Of a DNA stretch of 64,000 bases, positions 35,311 to 46,290 are shown piece after piece. The stretch is from Rebecca billardiae RCC1528 (taxonomy: Eukaryota; Protista; Haptophyta). The position numbers and the translations under genes were made by a program. Each line of letters opens with the position of its first letter. The stretch's first letter is position 1. The stretch is from positions 434,001 to 498,000 of the forward strand of contig OZ251233.1 in NCBI GenBank assembly GCA_965240325.2, in the 5' to 3' direction. The notes under the pieces were generated by a model that searched no databases, was not told the DNA's origin, and saw nothing but the letters and a program-made list of their open reading frames with translations.

Positions 35311-36055
35311 GCTTGCAAACCAAGCCCCCCAAAACCCCTCGCGCGGCGAAAGGCACCGTCCCTTAGGAGTCGATGCCTTCCGGGAGCTCTTTGAATACGC
35401 GTTGCGCGTGCGCGGGCACTCCCGGACAGCCGCCGCCAAGAAGGCCAGCCGCCGCCAGCCTGCGCGCGCCCTGCTCGGTCGTCCGCCGCGGCGCGTGCGC
35501 GTCGAGGCGCATGACGGGCTTTGCCGTGCACGTCGTGCCCGTGCTCGCGGCTCATGCACGCCTCACGAGCGAGATGCATGTCTTGCGCGCCCTCCTTTGG
35601 CTCGCACTGCGGTCTCCTCGCCGACAGCCTTGTGATCACGCGCGCCGCCATTTCAACCGGTTGCTGGTCTGCCAGCTGTCGAGCGTGTGTGTGCGGTCTG
35701 ATCGATGTCGGCATGGCTGCCGGCGAAGCAGTGATATTGAGTACACCCATGCCCATCTCGCAGAAGCGAAAAAGCCGACCTTTGAATGTCCCAGGGGCGC
35801 ACGCGTGCCCATCACGCTCGTCGGACAGGCCTTCTCCAGAACTGCGACGCTTGCCATCCGGCAGGTCTCTGCGCGCGGAGAGGGCGGCGAGGGCGTCGGC
35901 GAGGCGGCACGATTGCTGCCTACGGGTCTTCTAGCCCCCACAAAGTGCCCGCGCACGGCTGTCACGCCCGCATGCGGCCTTGGGAGCGCTGCGCAGGCGG
36001 GCCCTCGCGTCGCCCAGTGCTCGCCATCCCGTTTTGGGGGGCTTGGTTTGCAAGC
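35311..36055. mobile_element. MITE with 25-bp perfect TIRs nested in the host element
   Basis: GCTTGCAAACCAAGCCCCCCAAAAC and its reverse complement at 36031-36055. Flanked by TTACA on both sides (or TAC if the termini are AGC..GCT). Absent from copy 2. Confidence 0.9.
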
Positions 36056-37129
36056 TTACAGGTGCATCCTCGTCGAAAAAGGGCGCGTCCGCCGTCTTGA
36101 ATAGTGAACAGAGGAATCAACGAAACCCACGCCCAAGTGTGCGAGGCAGGGTAATTGTGGACCGTAGACTCTCCTTAATGTAGTGTGACCATAGTAAAAT
36201 AATATGGCCTCGCCGCTGCAAGATGCCAAGAACGACCGTTGACATAATCGTCCAACCAACTCCAATAGTGCGAGAGATTGAAAATACCCGCCGCAGCTAT
36301 CCGTATACTGGTATAGTCGGAGCCGGAGGGGGCGCGGCGCGCGGCGTGTGCGGCCCGCGTTTGTACGCCGCGGCTGCGGCGACAGGAGCTCAGGAGGCGC
36401 CAGCCACGAGCGACCGACGGGTGAGGACGGCGATGGGCAGGTGCGCGCGGCGAGTGGCGCCTGGAGCGCGCGGCTGCGGCGGGTCCCGACTGCCGTCGAC
36501 ATCGCGTTCGTGCCCCCGCTCACTCCGCGCGCCCCCGCCGCCCCGTCGGGCCCGTGTCGATGCCTGCGCGCGGCCGCGCGCCCGGTCGCCGGGGCGCCCG
36601 GCGGCCGCGCGCCGCGGCAGCCGCCCTGTATTCGGGCTCTCGCAAGCTCGGGGGCAGCGGCGCCTGATGCCGGACTGATCGATCTCTGAGTCTTCGACTT
36701 CACCACGCGCCGCCCTTGCCATGCCTTTCCGGGGAGCGCCGACGATCCGAGTCCATCGTCGACAGCGGTCGACTCTGAGCGAGGGCTACGCCTCGGAACT
36801 GAACGGTACTCTACGAGGAGGACGAGCTGCGCGGGCGACGGTGGTGCGTGACGTCCCCAGAGCTGGCTGTGCCTCTGCAACGCGTGCCGAGCCAGATCGA
36901 GGTGTGTCAGCCCGTGCACGCGCGGCGTGCGCGAACGATCCGTGACTGGACACTGGTGCCCGCTCGCACCTCCGACCTCGGCACCGTGCTCCCTCGGGCT
37001 GTCAGCTCCGCGTGGCCTGGCGTGCACGTAGAGTTGCGCTCATGCGTCGATCACGCCTCGCGCCCGCCTGTCGGCCGTCGCGCAGGCGCTGGTCGAACCC
37101 TACTCGGACCAGTGCAAATCATCTACTAT

Positions 37130-39082
37130 TAGGTGGGTCCCTCCCAACTGGGGCGATATTCTGGCGCACTCAGAATGGCGTCCTAGATTTCGTCTCTCAC
37201 CCAGAATCGACGCTATAAATGCGTCCCATCGGGGCGGAGCAAAAGTTTCGACCTCAAATCCTACTCCGCGTGCCGTCGCGCGGCCGAGCGCGCGCGCGCC
37301 GCGCCACTAGTGTCACATAGAGATTTTGCGAAGCGTTACTTGATAGTTATGGTGGCTAGATGGCGACATGCGATCGGAATGACTTATTGGCAACCGTTGA
37401 CACCCGACCGAACCATTTTATGAAGCAAAGAGTGGGGCTCTATGCTGTGCGCGGATACCTCCAACAAACTACAGCAAGATCGAGCAGATTACCCACTTTG
37501 TATATAGCCAATTACCCGTATATATAACGACGGTTACCCACTTTATATTGACCATGGATGTGGCTCACTATATATTCAAATTCGTTCCGATATGTGGGTA
37601 CGTTTGTTGGGTCATCGAATAGGCGCCGAGCGACGCGGACACAGGCAAACCGGGCCGCAACGGGACTGCCTGCGAGTGGCAGTGTTTGTGGCGGGCTGCG
37701 TGCCGAGGCACGCATCATCGCCCGCCACCGAGCATGTCACCGTCGTCACACGGGAGCCCTCCGCCGTCGAGGCTGGACTATCAGCCAACGCCACCGCCGG
37801 AGCTTGCCGCGCTCGGCGGCTTCCGTGCTCGTACTCAGCGTGTCACCGGTCGTCGTATGCCCACCCGCGTGAGGCCGCCACCAGTCCACGACTACCGCAG
37901 CTGCAGCCCATGCCGTGGACGATACCTCCTACAATCTTCTTGCCAGGCAGCAATACGATAGGTTCACCGACGCTGCTGCTAGGCTGAGAGCACTCAGCCA
38001 GTTGGCCGGCGAGACGTCAGATGGTTGAGCTGCTGGCCTAGCCATCACGTTGCGGCTTCCGCTCGCTCAAGTACACCCAACGTGACGACGAGAACGTGCC
38101 GGGCAATCATCAGACATGCGTCTGAGGGGTCTACCACGCCTAGCCGTAGATTTGCTGAGTACGAGTCTTCGCAGATAACAAGCGGAACGAGTGGGACCAC
38201 CCGATGGCAGGAGCAACAGCGTGGGGTGGCACCCGCGCCTGTCAACGCGACCGAGTTCTGTCAAGAATGGACCCATATCCTGCGACCACGCTCGAGCACC
38301 GCATATTATGCCCACACTCGGCATAGGGAAGGATCGCTGAGCGCCTGCTGCCGCTGTCAAAGGCCCTGCTGATCTTCCTGGCGCTTGATCGTGCACACGG
38401 ATGGCAAGTCAGCGTGCTCGATGCACATCGCGGCGGCTTCTTAGCATCCCAAGTCCTCAGTGCACCCATCCCAGGCCTGCTGGTCGATTATTGGTACCAA
38501 CCCCCACCAAACACGCCCTCTCGGAAGTCGCCAATCGCTCACATGGCTCCCCGAGAGCCCGGGGCTGGCTGTCGTGCGTTCTCACGAGCAGCTTGCGCGC
38601 AGCCCAATTGTCACCTTCACGGTGCGTAGAGCTGCTCAAGATGGCGGGAGCGTCAAGAGTATGCACATGCCTGATGGTGACCCATGCCTCCCGTCGCCTG
38701 ACCCGCTTGTAGCGAAAAGTGACCCTGCTCGAAGGCACGGGTCGAACACCTGCCGATCGATTCAAGTTGTCTGTACGCGTCTAGCCGGGCGAGAGTCAAA
38801 CATGCCGGCCCGTGCCAGGCGGGGGATGTGTGACCACGGATCCCATCCGTGAGCACGCGCAAAGCGCTGGAGCGCGCGATAGGTGTTGGCAGTAGTCTAC
38901 CCGACACACGGCGGCTCGGTCGCGCTGGAGAGGCGCTCCGACATCGTCGGGAGCGTTCAGATCGGGACCCCGGCCGGCGGCCCGGCGATTTTCCCGAGCC
39001 GCGCTCCGCGCGAAAAGAAATCCGGCCATAAAACCCGGTAAATGTTTAAAAGACCGCTGGAAAATCGCCAGGGACCCACCTA
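37130..39082. mobile_element. hAT-like non-autonomous DNA transposon with 13-bp TIR and 7-bp TSD
   Basis: TAGGTGGGTCCCT...AGGGACCCACCTA; TSD CTACTAT at 37123-37129 and 39083-39089; empty site in copy 2 near 62075-62090. Confidence 0.88.
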
Positions 39083-39483
39083 CTACTATCCTGGCGCTGC
39101 CGGTGCGCGGTGACCCGCGGGACAGCGCCACAGCGGTCAGTCAGCAGCAGCGGCCCGAACGAATCCGCGGCCCCGCACCGTGCTCCCTGGCTGTCAGCTT
39201 CGCGTGGCCTGGCGTGCACGTGGAGTCGCGCTCATGCGTCGATCACGCCTCGTCGCATCCGCCTGTACACTCAATCGGCGCCGCGCCGCGGCGGCTGCGA
39301 AGTGCGATGGGCCCGCGCCCGGCGCGGCGGGCGGCGGCGCGCCGCTGGAGTCTAGTTGTACGGGCATGCAACTCCGGGTCTGTCAATAGACGACTGCGAT
39401 GGAGGGTGCACCGCCACCGCGGGCCCTGAACTACGTTCGTTCTACGGAAAAGGACCGCGGAACGCGGTCATATATATAATATA

Positions 39484-41516
39484 CACAGTAAAGAAATCGA
39501 TTTTCGGCGTTACCGTAACCCGTCCGCACTTCCGCCCAGTGGGGATGCGGGGGAATTTTTTTCATGCCGCGTTCGCGGCACTTCGCGCCGCCACAGTGGA
39601 GAAAGATCGGGCCGAAGCCGTTTGAGCATGGTCGGTTGTGGGCACGCCCATTCGAATCGATGGCGCGCTCCGAGCGGCGGGCATGCGCGCATGTGTGCCG
39701 CGAGGGGGGCTGCGAGGCGTCGGCCGGCTTGCCAAGGCGGTTCCCCGGGGCGGCATCACCCTCGCCCGCCCCTCCTCGCCCACCCTCGCCCCACGGGCGG
39801 CCACACGTGACCTGTTAAGATGAGTTCACGGGAGCCGCACGGCACGCGCGCGGAGAGGCGAGGAAGTGGTGTTTCGCGGAAAAACGCTCTATAGCATTGT
39901 GCTCAACCCATGTGGGCACCCGCTCCACAAGTTTGTACGCCGCCAAACCGCACACAGCGGCCTGAGCAGCTCCCAGACTGAGTTTCGCTCTTGAAGCCTG
40001 TTTTTGGGCCAGATCTTGGTGTGGATGTAGCGCGGCGAGGAGGCGCCGGGCGCGCGCCCGAGCTGCGTGCTGGCACTCGCCATGACCCATAGGCATCGTC
40101 CGTCGCGAACGACCCGGCTCGCCTCGACCTCTCCGACCCGCCGGGCAGCCACGACCGAGCACGGCACGACAATGGCCAAACCGGGAGGCTTCTCAGACCC
40201 CGCGGGATGGGCATAGGCGCGAGAGAGGGCGCCCAGCGCGCTCTTGAGATGCACCGGAGCACGCACTGATGCGTATGGAACCATCCCATCACGATCGCCC
40301 CGACCTGGCGCGCCCTATCTGGCCCGTCAGGCTGCCCGCGCCGCCGCCGCCGCGCCACGCCGCCACCACGGGCGCCGCCGCATCGCGGGCACGTGGGTAA
40401 GTCTGTATTCAACAAATACAGAATTTCCGGTGCGGCCCTCTGTTGGGCGGCAAGGTCGATCTGGTCGACACCTGCCACGCGGCATGGGCCACGGCGCGGC
40501 GAGGTGGCGGCTGGCGCACCGCGGCGCGGGCGGGATGGCTCGAGGACACCACCGCCCCGCCTCCCACGCCGCGCCGTGCGCGTGCGCCGTGCTCTCGTCG
40601 CGTACCGAATTTCCTGCGGCGAGCGACAACACACAGCGCGACCATGCCATCGCGCGACGAGGTGCGTTCAGCTCGGCGATTTGTCGTATTTGTTGAATAC
40701 ATGCGGGTACGAATCCGACGCACGACGCCCTCGACGCACACGTCGAGAGCCACGCGCGCGGCGTGGACTGGCACGCAACGCGGAGATGGCGGGCGCGGTG
40801 CCGCGGGCGCGCGACTGGTCTAGAACAGCCCAATGAAGCGCGGGACGGCGCCGCGCGCGTGGGCTCGCCGCCGTCTCCTCGCAGTCGAATATTTCTGTGC
40901 ACCCTCCTACCAGGTCAGTCGACCGACTTGCACGCGGCATGCGAGCACTGCGTGCGGGGAGGAGTGTGACATGGCAGGCTGTGGCGAGGTGGATGGCCGT
41001 GCAGGAGTATGCTAGGAAGGGCCGCTCCCGCGCTCGCGCGGTGCCTCGCGCACGCCTCGTCGAGGACGAGCGTGTTTGAATGGCTCCGGGGAGGCCTGAG
41101 ACTTCGCTTGTTCACAGCAGCGCGCGACAGGTGCACACAACGGAGGTGACGACCAGGCACTCCGGCGAGGGCGGCTGTGCTGGCAGCAGACTGCATTCGG
41201 AGTAAGATGCGCCATCTTACGCGCCGCTTCGCCTCGCTGCATCGCCGCACTGAGCAGCAGGGCTCCACGCTCACGAATGGCTCACCACGAGCTACGTGAC
41301 CGGCCAGCCGCGTGCAACCCGGCGAGGCAGAGAGGGGCGGAGGGATGGGGAGGCTGGGTGGGATGTTGCAGTCCCATGCCCGGGGCACTCGTCAGGCGCC
41401 TGCGCGGCCACCGTAGCGTCTTCTGTGCGCTCGTGCGGCCCGCGCGAGAATTTCCCCGAAAATCGGCTCGTGTCGGACGGGTTACGGTAACGATAATCCC
41501 GTTTTTGTTCACTGTG
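39484..41516. mobile_element. CAC...GTG-terminated TIR element (CMC/Transib-like termini), non-autonomous
   Basis: TATA|CACAGTA...CACTGTG|TATA, plus a perfect inverted subterminal block CGTTACCGTAACCCGTCCG (39508-39526 / 41474-41492). Confidence 0.85.
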
Positions 41517-41704
41517 TATATATATCGATCGTCGTCTAAGCACAGCAGCAGTGCGGCAGCGCGCCTGACGAGCAGCTGTGTCAGCCTGTCGTCGCAGTGA
41601 GGAGTGCATCTCAGACTCGTCAGTTCTCACTCACTCACTGCGCATCGCGTCATCGCGCGGGCGGCAGTGCCAGTAGTAGCCAGCATCGATATCAGCTAGC
41701 AGTG

Positions 41705-44700
41705 TCACAACAGTGTCGCGGCCGGCGGCGGCGCTGTGAGGGAGCCGCCGCCGCCTTCAGCCTCATCGCGCGCGGCGTCGCTCCGCCCGGCGTCCGCGGC
41801 GATCTGCAGCGCCGCCGAGCCGCCCACGTGCCGCTGCCACGAGGCGGACGCCGCCAGCAGCCGCCTCAGCTCCTCGCCGGCGTGCGCGCTGTCGGCGAGC
41901 GCCTGCAGCACGCGCGCCGCGTGCGCGAGCTCGGCCGCGCTCGGCCGCGGCACGCGCTGCGGCCGCTGCGCGTGCGGCGGCGCGGCGGCGTGGTCGCCCT
42001 CGGCCGCGTCCGCGCGCTCGAGGAGCTCGAGGAGCGCGCTCGCGCACCCAGCGGCGAGCAGCGCGCGCGCAAGCCCGCCCAGCGCCGCCGCCTCGCCCGC
42101 GCCGCCGCCGCCGCCGCCCTCGGCGCCGGCGCTCAGCAGCGCCGCCAGGGCGCCGAGGGCGGGCGCGCGGCACTCGCCCGCGCTGGCGGCGCCGTCGGTC
42201 TCGGCCGCGCCCGGCGGCGCGCACAGCCGCACGAGCGCAGGCGCGAGCGGCTCGACGCGCGCGAGCGCGGCGCGCGCCGCCGCCGAGCCCGCGCACAGCT
42301 GCTGCAGCAGCTCGAGCAAGGCGCTCGCCGGCTCGGCGCGCGCGGCGGGCAGCGCGCGCACGGCCGCGGCCAGCTCGGCACTGCCCGCCAGCTCGGCGCA
42401 CAGCCCGGGCTCGGCGGCGCACGCGTGCCGCGCGGCGCGGGCGGCGACGCACGCCGGGCCGCCGCGCGCCACGCCGCCGAGCGCGGAGTGCGCGCGCACG
42501 AGCGCGCTCGTCGCCGCCGCCGCCGCGCCGCCGCCCGCCGCGCCGCCGCCCGCCGGCGGCGCAGCGGCGCAGAGCGCAGCGAATGCGCGCAGACAGCCCA
42601 GCACAAACGCGCGCGGGCGCGGCAGGTGCGATCTGGGCGTGATCTCGAGGTACACGTCGGCGTACACCCCCTCGATGATGAGCAGCCCGGGCTCGATGCC
42701 CGGCAGCACCAGCGGCGCGGCGCGCGGCGCCCACGGCGGCGGAGCGGCGGCGGCGGCGGCGCCGTCGGCGCTGGCGGCGCGCGCGGCGCTCACGGCGCGC
42801 GCCACCGCCGCCTCCGCCTCGGCGCGCGACGCGTCGGCGAGCGCGGCGCGCGCTGCGCCGCACCACACGGCCAGCGGCGTGCGCACGTGCGCGTCCGAGC
42901 GCAGCGTGCCCACCGCCGCCGCCGGCTCTGGCCCGAGCAGGCGCGCGGCGAGCGGCGCGGGCGCGTACAGCGACAGTGCCGCGCGGAGCGCGGGGCGGCG
43001 CGCGCCGAGCGCGCGCAGCGCGGCCGCGGCGGCGTGCGCGTCTGCGCCGCCGGCCGCGCCGACGAGGACGGCGAGGGCGACGGGGAGCGCGCCGCAGCGC
43101 TCGAGCTCGGCGGCGGGCGCGTCGTGCGCCGCGAGCGCGCACGCCGCGCGCAGCGCCGGCAGCGCGTGCGCGCGTGGCGCGCCGGCCGGCCCGCGCGCCG
43201 CCGCGGCCGCGGGCTCGCGGGCCGCGCCGCCGCCGCCCGCGGCCGCGCCGGCCGGCGGCGGCGCCGAGTCGTGCGCCGCGCCGAGCGCGGCGGCGAGCAC
43301 GGCGGCGGCGACGGCGGTGTCCGCGCCCGCGCGCGCGCACACGTGCGCCGAGGCTGAGAGCACGGCGCACAGCGCGCCGAGCGCGCGCGCGCGCACCGCG
43401 TGCGCGGCGCGCGCCGCCTCCGCCTCCGCCTCCGCAGCGGCCGCGGCCGGCGCCGCGCCGGCGGCGCCGCGCGCGCGCTCGTCGCCGCCGCCGCCGCCGC
43501 CGAGGGCGGCGGCGGCGGCGTGCGGCGGCGGCGGCGGCAGCGCGAGGCACGCGAGCGCGCGCACGTCCGCAACGCCGAGCACGCGCTCGGCGAGCGCGGG
43601 CGCGTCCGCCAGCAGCGCGCTCGCGCCCTCGAGGCACAGCGCGCGCAGCGACTCGCCCGCGCGCACGCGCGCGCGCCCGCCCGCGCGCCGCGCCGCCTCG
43701 TGCTCGGAGGGAGCGGCTCCGACGCTGAGCAGAGCGCGCGCCACGCCGTCGACGTCCGCGGCGGCGAGCGGCGCGGCGGCGGCGGCAGCGGAGCACGCGC
43801 CGCCGCGCGCCGGCTGCTGCGCTCCGGCGAGGGCGGCGGCGCCCGGCTCGGCCGCCGCCGGCCCCGCCGCCGCCGCCGCCGCCGCCGCGCCGCTCGGCGC
43901 GCCCAGCTGCCGCAGCAGTGCGCGCACAAACACCGGCGCTGACAGCTCGACGCGCAGCACCACCTCGTCGCTCGCGCCGAGAGCCGCGTACTCGTGCGCG
44001 CACAGAGCACCCAGCGCGCCCTCCGCGTCGCCCGCGCGCGCGGCGCGCACGGCGGCGCGCAGCGTCGCGCCGAGCTCCGCGCGCATGGGCCCGTCCCACC
44101 GCAGGAGCGCGCCGTCCGCGTCGGCGCGGAGGGCTCTCACCCAGCGCGCGGCCGCGGCGCCGTGCGCGCCATCCGGCCCGGCGTGCGCGCGCGCGGCGGA
44201 GGTGGCGAGTCCGGGCAGTCCGGTCGAGAGGGAGCCCGGGAGAAGCGAGCGCACCGCGCGCCCGAGCGCGTCGTGCGCCCACGCCTGCCGCGCGCCGCGC
44301 CGCGCCGCCTCGGCCGCCGCCTCGGCGCTCGGCGCGGACGGCGCCGCGGCCGCGCCGCCGCCCGGCTCGCGAGCCGTCGTCTCGAGAGCGCTCGCGCGCG
44401 GCGCCACCGCGAGCTGCGCGAGCGCGCGCGCGCACGCGCACGCCGCCGCCTCCGCCTCCGCCTCGGCGCGCGGCGCGAGCGGCGCCGGCGCCGGCGCCGC
44501 GCCGCCGCCCGGCCCGCCGCCGCCGCCGAGCGCGGCCAGCAGCAGCAGCCAGGGCGCGCCGTGGGCGATCAGCTCGGCACGGAGCGCGCCGCCGCAGCGC
44601 GCGAGCGCGCCCGCCGCGCGCGCCGCCGCCACGTGCAAGTAGGCGCGCTCGCGCCGCACGCCCGCAGCGCCCCACGCACCGTCGCCGCCTCCGCCTCCGC

Positions 44701-46258
44701 CTCCGCCCCCGCCTCCGCCCCCGCCTCCGCCGCTCAGCGCCGCGGGCTGCGCGAGCTCGAGCTCGAGCGCGAGGCAGAGGCAGAGGCAGAGGGCTGAGGC
44801 GACGGCGGGTGCCGCTGCCTCGAGCGACCTCAGGGCCTCGCGCCGCCACGCGCCGTGCGCGCCGCCGAGCCTCGCGAGCAGCAGCAGGCACTCATGACAC
44901 ACGCGCCGCGCCACGCGGCCCTCCGCCACCGCCTCCGCCGCCGCCGCCGCCGCCGCCTCCGCCTCGGCAGCGGAGGCCGTGGCCGCGGCGGCGGCGAGTG
45001 CGGCGCCCGCACCCGTGCCGGCGGGTGCGGCAGCGGCGGCGGCGGCCGTGCCGAGCGCGCGGTGCGCCGAGGCGTTGAGCGCGAGCACGAGCACGCGCAC
45101 CAGCCACGCGCCACGCGCGCCCTCAGCGCCGCCGCCGCCACCACCGCCGCCCGCCGCCGGGGCCGTGGCGCGGAGCAGCTCAGGCCCGTTGCCATGCGGA
45201 TTCGAGTCGAGGGTTCGGCGCGTGAGCTCAAGGCCCAGCGCGCACAGCGCGGGCGCGGACGCGGCGCCCGAGGGCGGCAGGCTGCCCGCCGCGCGGGGCG
45301 CGAGCGCCGGCGCCACGACGCGGGGCGCGGGCGGCGGCGGCGGCGCTGCCGCCTCCTCCGCGCGCGGCGCCCCGCCTCGCTCGTCGTCCGCCGCCGCCGC
45401 GCGGCACCGCCCCGAGTCGGCGCGCGCCGCCGCGCCGTCCAAGTGTCGGCTCAGCGCGGCGCGTGTGCCGCACGTGAAGCCGCAGGCGCAGCGGAGCATG
45501 GGCGAACCCTCCAGCTGCGCGGCGGCGGCGGCGGCGGCGGCGCCCGCGGGCGTGGCGGGCGCGCCGGGCGCGCCGCCTGCGCCCTTGCCGCCGCCGGCTT
45601 GGCGCGCCGCCGCAGCCGGCTCGCCCCACGCGCCGCCGGGGCCGCAGCACTCGGCGACGAGCGAGAGCAGGACTGGGTAAAGCGGGTACACGAGGCGCGA
45701 GAAGGGCGCGGCGCGCGCGCCGTCGGCGTCCGCGCCGCCGCGCGCGTGCTCGGCGCACAGCAGCAGCTGCAGCCGCAGCAGCAGCGCGAGACGCTCCGGC
45801 CGCTCGGTGGCGGCGACGCCGTCGGCGCCGCCACCCGCGCCCTCGCCGCGCGCGAGCGCGGCGCTGAGCTGCTCGTACGCCGCGCGCAGCCTGACGAAGC
45901 GCGCCGCGCCGCCCGCGCCGTCGTCCGCGTCGGCGCCGCCGCCGCCCTCGGCGCCCGCCGCGCGCCGGTCCGGGTGCCGGTCCGGGTGCCGGTCCGGGTG
46001 CACGGCGAGCGCGCGGCGTCGGTACACGCGCCGCAGCGCCGCCTCACGCGCGGCCGCGCCGCCCTCGCCCCCGGCGCCGCCGCCGGCCGCCTCGAGCTGC
46101 GCGGCGCTGATGCCGAGGGTGGCGAGCGCGGCCGCGTGGCGCGTGCCCCACGGCTGCGCACTCGTCTCCGCCGCCAGCAGCCGCACCGCCGCCGCCAGCA
46201 CGGCCGCGGCTTCGGCCGGGGGCACGATGGGCGCGGCGGCGGCCGGGCCGTGCGTGCC

Positions 46259-46290
<32 letters not shown>

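Larger units (their letters stand above)
35157..39470. mobile_element. Non-autonomous element with a terminal hairpin, copy 1 (host of two nested insertions)
   Basis: Colinear with 60823-62464 from TGGCCCGCGGTGCAGGG to GACCGCGGAACGCGGTCA; about 1.6 kb after removing the nested elements. Confidence 0.85.

Noticed and set aside
37130-41516. Intact transposase or Fanzor/TnpB ORF in the TE island
   Set aside because: Only short interrupted ORFs without recognisable DDE, RuvC or HUH motifs.
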